DNA of 64,000 nt from Anthoceros angustus (Eukaryota; Plantae; Anthocerotophyta). Within the stretch, counting starts at the first letter, position 1. Each line of letters starts with the position of its first letter. Below, in pieces: positions 1 through 12,500 of this stretch. The translations under genes were made by a program, and so were the position numbers. Under the pieces are notes generated by a model. That model was not told the DNA's origin, made no database searches, and worked only from the letters and a program-made list of their open reading frames with translations. Where the stretch lies: the NCBI GenBank assembly GCA_010909165.1, contig MU008171.1:62001-126000 (forward strand), read 5' to 3'.

Positions 1-1252
1 TGTTCTGTGTTCATTTTGGGGTTTAGAGTCGCTTGCATTTGGTAGTAGCATTCCATTTCTCGTGTGTCCCACTAATGCACAACAAGGTGCAGCATACAAA
101 ATTTACAACAAAGTACGTTGTAAAACACTTGTTGTAAATATGCCCCATTTAAAGAAGCTGAAAATATATATTTGTGTTATTCATTAATTTGTATTTTTTT
201 ATAAAAGTTTTTTTTCATATATATATATATATTACTTAAAAGGGCGTTGTAATTTAAATGTTGTAATTTCTTTTGCAATTGGGATATTGTAAATGGTTTT
301 GTAAAACTGGTCGTTGTAAAGTGCGGTGTACCCACACCGAGACGTCTCAAACTTAGATGTTGTAATTCCTTTTGCAATTCGGATATTGTAGATGGTTTTG
401 TAAAACAGGTTGTTGTAAAGTGTGTTGTACCCACACCGAGACGTCTTAGACGTTGTAATTCCTTTTGCAATTGGGATATTGTAAATGGTTTTGTAAAAAA
501 GGTTGTTGTAAAGTGCGTTGTACCCACACCGAGACGTCTTAGATGTTGTAATTCCTTTTGCAATTGGGATATTGTAAATGGTTTTGTAAAACTGGTCGTT
601 GTAAAGTGCGTTGTACCCACACCGAGACGTCTCAAACTTAGATGTTCTAATTCCTTTTGCAATTGGGATATTGTAAATGGTTTTGTAAAACTGGTCGTTG
701 TAAAGTGCGTTGTACCCACACCGAGACGTCTCAAACTTAGATGTTCTAATTCCTTTTGCAATTAGGATATTGTAAATGATTTTGTAAAACAGGTTGTTGT
801 AAAGTGCATTGTACCCACACCGAGACGCCTCAAACTTAAATGTTGTAAGTCCTTTTGCAATTGGGATGTTGTAAATGGTTTTGTAAAAGGCATTGTAAAT
901 AGGTGACATGGCAAGGGTTGCTGACTAGGCACCATATGGCAATGGGCACCACGTCATCACATGGTGATGTGGCGATGAGGGTCATGTCATCAAATCATGG
1001 CACGTCATCACCTGATGATGTGGCAATGAAGGGCCATGTGGCAACAACATGCCATGTCATCACTTGGTGATGTGGCGGTGATGTGGTGCCATATCACCAC
1101 TTTAATGACATGGCGCTGGAACTGGCCATGTCAACAATTTTACTACGTCATGAAGCTCTCGGTTTACAATGGCGTTGTTGCGCCGTTTTACAACGCTGCG
1201 TTGTCACACCCGTTATAAAAACCGTTGTAAAAACCCTCATTCTCTTGTAGTG
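1..1252. mobile_element. Right end of a CACTA (EnSpm) DNA transposon with subterminal repeats; left part lies outside the window
   Basis: 1241-1252 TCTCTTGTAGTG is the reverse complement of CACTACAAGAGA, a canonical CACTA TIR. It is preceded by many TTGTAAA/TTTACAA motifs in both orientations and by TGA(C/T)(A/G)TGGC-type inverted motifs at ~900-1140. Confidence 0.75.
247..900. repeat. Tandem array, ~6.5 copies of a 99/93-bp unit
   Basis: The CCCACACCGAGACG core recurs at 331, 430, 523, 616, 715 and 814 (spacings 99, 93, 93, 99, 99). Confidence 0.95.
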
Positions 1253-1770
1253 CAAGCTGTATAGGGTATGGGCAATTAGTAGACCCACACTCTAAAATGC
1301 AAGCCTTGTATGCTCTGTGGGTTCTTAAAATGCTTGACCCCAACTCCTATCCCTTGGAAACCTTTCTTATATTATAAACTAAACCTCATATAGGACGTTT
1401 TTGGTGGCACATTGAGACATCCTAGATAATAAACTTGTTCTTAGAGTATATGAAGCTTGAGGACTGTAAGGTCCGAGCTTGGAACCTTACAGCTTGCACT
1501 ATTCTTCTGAGCTTTCAAGGTCATGAACTGTGTTGGTGTTGTTCTCCTTTGGTTATTAAATCTAACACTTATGCTAATATATATCCATACCCCAAGGGAC
1601 GGTTCAACCGAAATAATTAATTTTTAAAAGTGAATCCGGGAATCCACCTAACCACACCCTGATTATCAAAGACTTGAACCAATAAATGCTGCACAAGGCA
1701 ATGAGTACCTAGCCACCTAAGTACCTACCTCGCTTTGGTTGTCACAAGTATTCTTCGTGCTATGGCATGT

Positions 1771-4043
1771 TGTGGGCTACGGACTTCCCTTGGAGGTTAG
1801 GAAATAAGTTGGGTTTTGTTTTTTTCGTAGGTCCGAAGGGTAAAATAAGGCGGAAAAGGAGGAATAGGATCAGGCCGGACTGCTGAGTGTACTCGGACTC
1901 GGAGTGGGTAACGGACACCACTCACGACGAGCTACGACCGCACCGGGTATCGGATAAGTCCGGACCCCACTCCGGTCAAAACAGATAAGTACGCCAGGGA
2001 AAGTAACTTAGACGTTGAGTCGTGAAGTCAGACTGAGCGGCGCCACGTGGACGGCCCTGAATGGAGGATGGGCATGCAGCAGACCGTAGGCCGTTATAGC
2101 GGTATTCACGCCTGCACGCGCGACTAAGGCGAGTAGGCGGGCGCAAGGTGAGAGTAAGCCATGCACCTCCGCGATTCACGGATGGGAAGGGCACCTCCGC
2201 CAGATTACTCCCAACGACGCCGCCGACGAGGAGGGTCATTTCTCTGTGCGACCTCGAGACACTCGCAGTCTCTTGCGCTCCGCAACCCCGCCCTCTGGCG
2301 CTATCTCTCCGAACGCTCAGGCACCTTCGCGCGCGGCTCACCTTTGGGGTTGGAGCAGCGAACGCAGCGAAGAGGGCGCATCGTGCCAGCGATCACGGAC
2401 AATCGTCTACAGCGGAGTAAGAAGAAGAAGGCGATGGGACCCAAGAAGGCTGCGGAGGTATGGGCGCCATGGAACCTGGTGGAGCGCAACATTGTCACCC
2501 GGCGCTATCCGGACTTTGGGCCGTGGCTGAAGGAGGTGCAAGGGAGGACGGACTCGGGGACAGCGCAGCCACAGGAGCCCTAGGAGCGCTGTTTGACGAC
2601 GGCAGCAGCAGCAGCGAGGGAGAGCAGCGGAAAGAGCCGGGAGGAGGAAGGGTCGCCACACCGGAGGTAAGCACTCGGCACCCTCACATGGAAGGAAGGG
2701 AGGAGGATCCTGGGAAGGAAGTGGAAAGAGCGCAACCGGGCATTCGGGAACCAAGGGAGGGTTCAGTAGATGAACCCGTGACCAGCCCGGTGAGGAGGCA
2801 GAGCCAGGAGCCTGCGGGTCCGGACTTTGTTCGGACTCCGGAGGAAAGGCCGGATCTCGAAGTCCGGCCCCCTGAGGGAAGTCTGGACTTAGAGATCCAG
2901 ACTCTAGTGACGAGTCCGGACCCTGAGGTCCGGACTGTGGAAGGTTGGGTCCAAGACCGGACCCAGAGGGTGTCCGGACCCCGAGGTCCGGACTCAAAGA
3001 AGGCCGGACCCGGAGGAAGACCGGACCCCAGGGAAGACCGGACCTAGAAGTCCGGACCGAGTCAAGACAGGTCCCGAGGTCCGTGCTAGGAGTGGGGAGA
3101 GCCACCAATCACCGGCCCAGATCCGGCCCTTGAGAGCCCATTGCGGGGCCCGCCAGAGAGATAAGAGAGGAGGCGAGGAGGATTTAGTGGTGATCATTGT
3201 CGCCGCCACGGGTGGCGAGCTGGCTGCACCCTGAAGAGAAGGGTCCGCCTCACGGATCATTCGATTGCGCAATGCCGTTGTGGCTTGGGCCGATTAAGAA
3301 GGAATCGGGGCCATCCGGCCCCACCACCGTCGGCGATAGGAGGAATAGGAGGATAGTAGGCGGCCTGTTAATCGAGTGGTCCCCTCGAATAGAGGTGTAA
3401 GAAGGCGCCTTGGCCTCAAGTATAAGAGGGCTAAGGCCTCAATAAATCATCTTCTCTTGGTGTTGATGCCGCTTTCTTGCGCACCTTTGTGTGTCTTCAT
3501 GCTAACGTGAGTCCCGAGTCATCGGTGCTGCACGGAGATCAAGGTCCCGTGACGGACCCTAACGGTGGTGGTGTGCGCAGGAAGAGCGATCGGGGACCCT
3601 TGTTCGTCCCAGGCGGTCAGTACGTGAGCCGGGATCGTGAGCCGGAGGAACTCGGGAGGCGTCTGAGCCGGAGGAACTCGGGAGGCGTCTGAGCAACAGA
3701 GGATCAGGTCCGGACTGTGTAGCCACTTGCGTTCTTCCCCAAGTTGATGAGTGTAGTAAGAGTGGTGAGAGGAACGGACTAGAGGAACGAGTGACGTGCG
3801 TGAACGAGACGGACGCAACGGGTCCTTAAACGTTTGGCCACACCGGGCCTGTTCGGTGAACGTTAGGAGTAGTTAGGCGCAAAACGACGTTTGTGTGTGT
3901 TAAGGCTGAGCGGTCACAAAGTAAGGTGAGAATCGATCGAAAAGCGGCAAACGGAGCTTGTCATTCCCTTGGGAACAGACTCCTTACTACAACGACATGG
4001 GATTGTGCGCGCCCGGCTGGCCGTCAGCAAAAGTCGCGCCACA
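1771..4043 (+). mobile_element. Solo LTR (2273 bp) of a Ty3/gypsy retrotransposon, probably Athila/Tat-related
   Basis: Starts TGTGG and ends CCACA (inverted termini), flanked by a perfect 5-bp TSD CATGT (1766-1770 and 4044-4048). TATA-like GTATAAG at ~3420. The 3' motif TTCCCTTGGGA...CTACAACGAC is shared with the LTR ending at 44079. Confidence 0.88.
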
Positions 4044-6029
4044 CATGTGCAGGTTAATTAGGACGCCATCGTTAGTTAACCAACTTCGTTCCTGCAAAGT
4101 GACCGGTTGAGCGAGGTCTGGTTGATGGAGACGATTGATGCTGATTGTGCAATAAATTGGTCAGCAAATTAGTCAGTATCTGTAAGAGCTTGGTAACCAA
4201 AGTCCATTTGATTGTCTTAAGGGCATTTATACTAATTTTAGTCCATATATAAATCAGCTCACTATTTAACCAAAGTCACAAACAGAAACAAATTGTAGTT
4301 GTTCAAGAGGTAAACTTCTATGGAAGAAAATGGAGATATGTCATGTAGGTTGAATCTGGGTTAGGCAAGATTGAGAAAATATGCTTAAATTATAAAGCAT
4401 ATTTTCCCAATGGAGGTGAGGTAACTTTATCTTCATGCGTCCTTGTAGATATAAAGTCTGATGGGACATCTTCTGACTTTCATTTTAAGAGTAGTGAGCT
4501 CTTTCGACATTTGTACAGAAAGAGAACTAGTACTGCTGAAATGGACTATGTGGAAAGTCCATCGCTTCGTACGCGCTCCCCTCGCTGCTAACAATCATCT
4601 TATTCTTTTAAAGTTAAGATCCAATTTTATATCCAAAATAAAATGTAAGATTTTTGCCTCTAGAGCAAAAGGGAGAATTTAGTTTTATGGGTAGCAAGTT
4701 GTCACAATTCTACGATTGTTTAGTGTTCTACTAGTATTGCTATTAAGCAAGTATGTCTTTAGGGTCAAGCTATGTATGTGAACCGGGTGGAGGACCCTCA
4801 CATGATTCCTAAAATACTCGCAAATATACTCTCCACTTATAAGCGTCAATATTAAACTCAATTTGTTATACTCTCAGGTCACAACTCTAGGCTTTGCTGG
4901 TTAAACTATTTAAGTATTATTGCTTGTGCCTAGCCAGGTGCTCTCATTTCACAGTGGAGGAGTTGTAGAATTGCGATGACCTTGTTCCATCCCAAGCGTG
5001 AAAGTGGAATGCATCATTGCCCTTCATTTCACCTACAGCTCATTGTCTTCCATTTCGTTGTTTTTTACGTTTCCCTCACATTGTTCTTAAAGAAGTAGGG
5101 GTGTCTAAAGTTTTATGTTCCACAACTTGGCTAAGTGCTAATGATTGGGCAAAGAGTAGAGCAGAATTATATTGAAGCAAATGACAAAGTAGGAAATGTT
5201 AAGGCATAACATATGAATGATTGAGGGAAAAGAGACGCCCGATTACTTGTCGAAAATGGAGGGGAGTAATGACAGCTAGTCGGTTGGAGTGGCGTGATAA
5301 TCTTACATTGGATAAGAGGTAATATGGGTATTGGGATAGGATACAATCAAAGCCTCTAAAGTAACAAAATTAATAATGGTTTCGAGATGGTCATTATGAA
5401 TGTAGACAAACTAACAATCGAGTGGACCGCACGTAACTATGGTTCTCCCAACTGCGGGAAGCCATGGGGAATATGTAAGCGGACTGCACGTGGGTGCTAT
5501 GTAGCAAGATTACACTAATTTACACATACACCAACCTAGGTACAAGCTCGAGAGGAAAGAAGTGAGATGAATACTTTTCGATTGTCGAGACGATGAGACA
5601 GCAAAATCGGGAGTAGCAACATAAAGTGCATATGAAAGTTTCAGCACCTCCACCTAGCTTGCAACCTTTGTGGTAGGAAACAAAGTGTCATGGACCTGTG
5701 CGAGAGATATCTAACTAATTCGTATTTGAAGCCAGCAATTATTGGGGGTTGCGGTTTGTTATTTGTTGTTTCTAACAACTGACCTCAAGTACGGAAATAT
5801 TGAAAGAAGGACTCATACTATCAAAGTCTGACTGTATGAGAACCGGCGTGGCCCGATCCGTGAAGGCTAATATTAATGGACTGTAAAAGATGATGGACAA
5901 ACTACCGAGGTGACAATGATGAAGCCCATATTTGTTCTCAAGGCTCAAAGTATTATATGAGAGACATTCCCGATCAGGATAGGCCCATGACATGACAAGT
6001 CCTTCATCGTCAATAAATAAATTAAAAAA

Positions 6030-6570
6030 AATGGAGAGACTTTATATAAAAAGAAAAGAGATGGAAAAAACACCATCTACACCGAAAAAAAAAGGGGTCA
6101 ACCCAACAAAGGGTACCAGGCCAAGAGGAACTAATGCCCACGATCGATTTTCTCAAAACTACCTACCGCCTTAAGAATCTCGTGATCGGGGATAAGAAAG
6201 AGCCTACCTACCACCACCGTTGAAGAAGCCGCCTCCCCTGCGCTAGTCGCCGTCATGTACACCGCATTCGTCAATGCCCTCTGCAACGCGATGGACACCT
6301 GTTGCCTCAAGAAAGAAACAATACAAGAAAGGGGGAGACCAACCCCATTCCTGCGATCGTGGTAAGCCTTAACAAAGCCCTTGAGGAACTTCGAGAAGTC
6401 CCGACCCATGGCCCCGTGAGTCTCGATGGCGAGCGGGATAAAAGTGTGGCCGCTCTGCAGAGGAGAGTACTTGCAGACCTTGGCCGTCGTGTAGCCTTCC
6501 GCCACCTAACCCGGGGGGTTGAGAATAACGTGCTCACAGACACTGTCTCGGATGGGTTACAACTACATCA
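6030..6570 (-). mobile_element. 3' fragment of a CRE-clade (restriction-like endonuclease) non-LTR retrotransposon
   Basis: ORF 6131-6505 contains AKVCKY...FIPLAIETHGAMG...RQQVSIALQRA, the C-terminus of the CRE/R2-type endonuclease. It is followed by a T-rich 3' UTR similar to that at 35925-35985. Confidence 0.75.
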
Positions 6571-6820
6571 CCCACAGAGACCTAGTCCCCCCGGGTAACC
6601 GTTAATGTGTATGAATAATAAATCATCCATACGTTATAAGCCCATGAAATAAATCGACCAGATTCCTCACCTTTTATGCCAATGAACAATGTAATGATCT
6701 AATCCCTCCTGCGCAAAATGGTAGGTCATTGTAAAATTTTCTCTACTCTTCCCTCAGTGAACAGCGCACAGCGAATGAACGCCATTGACTCTATACATGT
6801 GGGCCGAACGAATGAATTCC

Positions 6821-6935
6821 GAAGAAGAAGAAGAAGAATTTTATTTAAGTCCACTAAGGACGGATTTCCGTCATGGGACTTGGTACTTAACAACTTGTAC
6901 CATGGTGTACCTAAGCTACTTGCACTAAGGGCATC
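6821..6935 (-). repeat. Dispersed repeat family A (LINE/SINE-like 3' end with a (TTC)n tail on the minus strand)
   Basis: GAAGAAGAAG...AGTCCACTAAGGACGGATTTCCGTCATGGGAC is near-identical to 32467-32520; a more diverged copy lies at 62409-62524. Confidence 0.75.
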
Positions 6936-7020
6936 CACTCCCTTTAGGCACCCCATCTAAGTACTGATCCAAGCTCAGGATGCTTAATAACGGCGTTCTT
7001 ATGAATGTGTGTCCATTAGG
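6929..7020. repeat. Dispersed repeat family B (probable Tourist/PIF-type MITE fragment)
   Basis: GGGCATCCACTCCC...GATCCAAGCTCAGGATGCTTAATAACGGCGTTCTTATGAATGTGTGTCCATT, preceded by TAA. Homologous copies at 31686-31774 (inverted) and 62660-62848. Confidence 0.65.
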
Positions 7021-7395
7021 GTCCGTTTGATGCGAAGATAAATAGTAAGATAGATGCGTCACCGCATGTAAAATGAGAAATAAGAAACAGGTGACTGAGT
7101 GACAACAGGAGCGCAAGGACAGCCATGCCACGCGGCGGAAACAAGTCAGCATCCGGTGGAGTGACAGCTCTAACAAGGACAACTTGGTTGGGGCTGGTCT
7201 CGCTCCGCGCCTGACTCGGCCTTGGACTCGCCACGCCCCGCTCCCCTCGGTGTCGCACATCAGCTCGTGTTTATAGCATCGCAGCGCGCTGTACGTGCTT
7301 CCTCGCTCAAAAGCGCGCTCTGCTCTGCCTTTGCTCTTCTCCATCGAGCAGCAGCTTGGGCTTGGGCTGGGACTGGGGCTGGGGCTGGGGCTGCC

Positions 7396-9384
7396 ATGGC
7401 ATGGCGTTCTGCCCGTGGCTTCTGTTCGAGAGTGTCCCGACGCGCCTTTGCCTTTGGATCACGTCTGGATCAGGTGCAGCCACCCGTTGCAGGGGCTTTC
7501 CATCGCAGTAGCGGGATCGCATCTCGCCAATCTTGCGTCCCTTCCCGCTTCATCTTCCTCGGGCGGGCCAACTCCTCCGCAGCACCTGCCACCTCGGCCG
7601 CCGCCCCTGCTCCCGGAGCCGCACACATCAGGAGCCTGCAGGAGGTGGAGCTCCTGCACAATTCCGTCACGGAGGGCCAGGCTGACATTCTGGAAACACA
7701 CAACGGGCAGCTGCTTTACGCGGGGTTCACCTCGGGTGAGCTGCTTGCCACTCTGATCAATCTCAACCTGGTGGCGTCGGAGCCGCTGGTTGATCTCAGC
7801 ATCAAGCTGCTCAAGTCCCCCCTCTCTGAGGTGTTTCCGCTGAGGAACCTGTTCCATTTCGTTGTCAAGAGGACTGCGTATCTCCACTTCTGTGCAGGGG
7901 AGGATGTGGTGGAAGCCTCCGCCAAGCTGAAGCGGATGTGGGAGCTCGGGCTGAGAGGGATACTGGACTACAGCCTGGAGGACGCAGAGGACAACCAGGC
8001 TTGCCAACGCAATCTCACCGGCTTTCTGCAAACCGTCTCTCAGATCCGCGAATTGCCACCCGGTTCGGTAAGGCATCTCGACCTCCGTGTGTGTGCTTGC
8101 GGATGAAATCATGACAACAGTGGCTTCTCAATCGACTTCTCACTCGTTTGATGACGTTGAGAGGACCTTGAGTCCCTAACAGGTTCGTTTAGCTGGTTCG
8201 CCTCTCTGTCACACCTATCTCGTTGATGCTGAACTTTGGTCTGACGCTGTCGGAATTTTTTGTGGTCATGGCAGGTGAGCTCGGCTTGTGTCAAACTTAC
8301 TGCTATTGCACCGATACCTCTATTGGAGAGAGTGAGTGACCTGCTTAGGTGGCAGCATGTCGACAAGAATTTTCAGCTGCCGTGGAAAGGGTCTGGATTG
8401 CCTTTGCTAGCGCCCAACAGCCCCACCTTCCACGTCCAAAAGGCCCCTGAGCCCCTTACCCCTCAAGAGGAGCAAGACTTGTCTGCAGCAGAAAGGAGGT
8501 TGTGGAGGCTGTGCGAGGCTTGCAAGGAGGTGGGACTCCCTCTGCTGGTGGATGCAGAATATACTTCAGTGCAACCTGCCATAGACCACCTTATATTTGG
8601 TGCAGCGTTGGAATTCAATACATCGGGGCCACCTCTGGTATACGTTACAATACAAGCATATCTCAAGGACGCGCTTCCACGTCTCTCTCTGGCCTTGACT
8701 GCATCCTCTGAGAGAGGAGTGTCACTTGGCGTCAAGCTTGTGAGAGGAGCTTATCTTACCAGGGAGAACTCTCTGGCTGCCTCTCTCAACGCTGAATCTC
8801 CTATTCATTCGAGCATAGAGGAAACACACCGTTGCTACGACGCATGTGCTGCTTTTCTGCTTGAACAAGCATCAGCAGGGGAGACTCATGTTGTGCTAGC
8901 TACGCACAATATTGATTCTGGTGAGCAAGGAGAGGTCCTGGTAGGGAACAGGACTTTCATGTTCTGCTCTGTAAATGTTTTCCTATCTACTCCGCTGATC
9001 ACAAGAATTGCAATTTCAGGCAAGGTTGCTGCACGCAAGGCTGAAGCGCTTGGATTAGCGAGAGGAGATCGCAGACTACAGTTTGCCCAGCTTAAGGGCA
9101 TGGCAGATGGCTTATCACTTGCCCTGACAGCTGCAGGGTTCCAAGTGAGCAAGTACTTGCCCTTCGGACCAGTCGCTCAAGTTCTGCCCTACTTGATTAG
9201 AAGAGCGGAGGAAAATCGTGGAGTGCTTGGAAATACGCGTGGAGAGCGGGAGCAAATGAGGTGATTTTATTTCTGACACTGATTTGTAGAATGCTCTGGT
9301 TTGTGCTTCTCGAGCTGACGCGATTTACGTGTTTGAAGGGAGGAGTTGAAGCGCCGCTTCTACGCTGCACTAGGTTTGAAGTGA
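7396..9384 (+). CDS. PRODH: Mitochondrial proline dehydrogenase (4 exons: 7396-8067, 8275-8920, 9020-9260, 9339-9384)
   Basis: Arg/Ser-rich transit peptide MAWRSARGF. Motifs HFCAGED, GILDYSLED, VKLTAI, LLVDAEYTSVQPAID, TIQAYLKD, GVKLVRGAY, LATHN, QFAQLKGM and KYLPFGPV..VLPYLIRRAEENRG. GT-AG introns join in frame. Confidence 0.96.
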
Positions 9385-9542
9385 CGTAAGCAGATAGGCG
9401 TGCCCCAAATTATTTGGGGAAGAATATTGTTATGGCATGTTCGCTGGAGCGTTGTAAAATCTCAATTTATTGTTTCATTATGATTATGATACATACCGTT
9501 GGCCAGAAATTGAGGCCAACGGGAAAGAATTGTTTTCTTGTA

Positions 9543-12500
9543 TCAAATAAATTGGTTTTCTTTATCGATATCTTTCGACTGTTCTGTGGAAAGACAGGTA
9601 TCATCAACACCAGCGGCTGGAATCCTATGACATGAGAAACTGGGGCTTTCGGCGGAGATCATATTATCACAAGCCAATAAAGGACCAGATCTACTCCTGA
9701 TATCGTTTGGCTCCATTTTTGAAGATGCTCCATCTTCCCTGCGCCCTCCATCGTTATCGCAAATGCTCTTTCCAGAACCGGTTGGCAATCCACCTGTCGC
9801 AGCAACTACAGCGTCAATAGTTAACGTATTGTAACGCAAGTCATGCCTTTCCGCTGGCAGACGACCCCTTTGTACTCTTCGTCTGTGCTTGAACAAGGTC
9901 CGCCCTTGAGCTTTCACCTGCAAAGAGAATGAAAAATCATAAGATCCGTCCAAGCTGGTTCAAGCACGGAGAACAACGAGAGGTAAAACGAACCTTCTTG
10001 TTTCCAATGTCACAAAGCGGAGTACGCCTAACTGAGTTATCGCCAGCAGCTTCTTGGATGGAATGCTCTTCCTCATCATGCTGGCCTTCCCTCCATGCAT
10101 AGTCCAATACGTTCGCTCCATGGAGAGCAAGCACCTGCTGAGCCCTTCTGGTGCTGGCATCTGCTACCCACGGATCCTCCTGTTTCACATTGCCCCCTTG
10201 GGAGTTCCCAGACTGCTCAGTGACCCGTCGCCGCTCCTTATCCATTCTGAGAGTTTCCACGGCTTCTGCCATTTCCATTTGAACTGCAGTTGCCACCGCG
10301 GATGGGTCCGCTTCCATCTCCACACTTTCCCTGTTTGCACACTTGCCGGCTTTGCATCCGCAGTTTGGCCCGCAGAGACCACCTGCAGCCTTGCATTCAC
10401 ATTTCCTTGTCTTACATCCTGAACAAGGACTACATGAGCAGCACCTTTCTGTTCCTGAATGAGACTTACGTTCATTTTCGTCAAATACACTCTCACCTGC
10501 CGGAGGCCCTGACCTGCAGTCTGACCCTTGAGAGGCCTCAAGATCTTGTAGTCTGGATCTTGCAACCCTCGATTTTCTGTTTACCTGCGAAACTTTTCCG
10601 TCTCTCCGCAGTCTAGTTTTCTCTGCACCATCTCTGTTTTTCTTGACAATGGATCTTGTCGTACGATGTTCCCATTCCTCATCGGACACGCCACCATCAG
10701 AAATATCCATGTCTGACTCCGCTTCTAAGCCGTCATTCTCAGAACAACGAGCTATCTTGCTGCTCTGAAGCTCGCGCGAAGCCTAACGGGGATAAAGAGC
10801 ATCACGCCCACCGAGGAGGCAGGGTTAGATGTGCCCCGCAACACCAACCTAATTCTCCTTAAAACGGAGAGACTTGCTATTGATCTTTGGCATGGAACTG
10901 CTAACAAAACCAAAGGAATTGAGAAAAGAACAACAAGCACTTGTGCAAGTTGTTCATTTCCAGGACACCTCAATCCTCTTGTAAGATACTAATTCTGATT
11001 GGGGTCGCAATAAACCTAGCGCAACCTTATCGCACACTGCCAAGTGTTTGGGCAGCAGCTTCCTAAAACTAGATACAAGACCACAAGAAGATACAGATCA
11101 ATTCTCGACCTACGACACGCTTGACGCAAAACTATCGACCACTTTTGCTCCAATGATAGGGATGCTGGGAATGCTAAGAGACAACCACTTTGATCTTGAC
11201 TACAAAGTAGTTAACCAGCTGACAGCGGTTAACCAGCCTCGCAGCAGATTTGATCGTCAGGACACCACTCAAGCCAAGAAAGGTCTTTGATAGGACGAAC
11301 ATAAATTCGAGCTTTGGTGTCTCATTATCAGATTTTAGCTAGTGTAATCGATCAAAATACTACTGAATCTAGCTTCAGGAATACAATAGATCACAAAAGA
11401 AGGGCAGATCCACGACAGAAGTAACGGTGCAAGAGCAAAAGGGGTGAGGGAGCATGCCTTTCTGAGTGTGTACGGGAAGCTGCTTTTTCCCACAGATGCA
11501 TCGCAGTCAACATTGGTAAAGTCTCTGAAGTTCTCCGCACTACGGTCCTTAGCGTCGGCAATTCTGCTTTGAGATGCTGCACCACTACGCTGTTCCACAA
11601 CAGACTTGCCACTCAAGTCCGCAACGACCTGTGTCACGCAGCCCCATGTGAGCTTAGCTATTCCGGTACAAACTACGCTTGGACTGTTAGGTATGAAGTT
11701 GACCACCACTCACCAACGACGGAAATTCTTCAGCCATGGAGGCTTTGTTTAATTTGACCTTGTTGACAGCCGGATGACTTTCTCGTACCTTCGTTGCTGA
11801 TGCGACGACTGCAGCGACGGCCTTATCTTTAAGCCTGTGCTGCCTTTCGATATCAAGCCTCTGTGCGTCACGTTTCCTCAGAAGATCTTGCAATTCTGCA
11901 ATCTTCTCCTTGAGTTCTGCGAGTTCTTCTTCTTTATCGCGTAGCTGACACCTGCAAAGTTCAAGCTGGGTCAACCTTAGGACCTACATTTTCTACAAAG
12001 ATGTCCACAAACAAGTCTGGTATTTCCAAAATTTGCCTGGAAGAAGCAGCCGCATTGAATATGAATTGCAGCAGATTCTTGGCATCCCCAAGAGTCCTCA
12101 AATGTTGCCATCGTGCCCGACCACTTAAGGTGCGTTCCCGCTCTTCTGCTTCAGACAACTGTGATGCCATGGACACAAGTGCTGTCGATGAAGTGTTTAC
12201 AATGCTCTCAAGCAAACCAATTCGAGCTCGTCTTGCGTTCGGAGACATGGAAAGTGGTGAGGACCTACAGGGAACCACACTCAATAATGCTTCTAAGAAC
12301 CGCTTAGATTCAGTATCAGTTATTCTCCAGACGTTGCAACATCAGTCCAGCTGTCCATCAACATCTCAAAAAATACAAGTACAGATGTATTGAAGTACCC
12401 TGTAGTAGCACCGTTGGGTGTTTGTTGGCGGGGGTCCGGTGAATTTAGAGAGATCTCTTCCTCTTCCTGAAGCTTCCGCAATTCCTTTGCAAAAGTTACC

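Noticed and set aside
177-909. Two repetitive ORFs (194 and 225 aa)
   Set aside because: They are by-products of 99/93-bp units that are multiples of three inside a transposon end.
5772-6000. Possible organellar insertion or Copia protease relic
   Set aside because: One plus frame looks protein-like (WTVKDDGQTTEV) but has several stops and no motif I can identify with confidence.
7222-7395. N-terminal extension of PRODH predicted by the ORF track
   Set aside because: It starts at a non-ATG codon and crosses a (GGGGCT)n leader repeat; the ATG at 7396 has a good context and begins the transit peptide.
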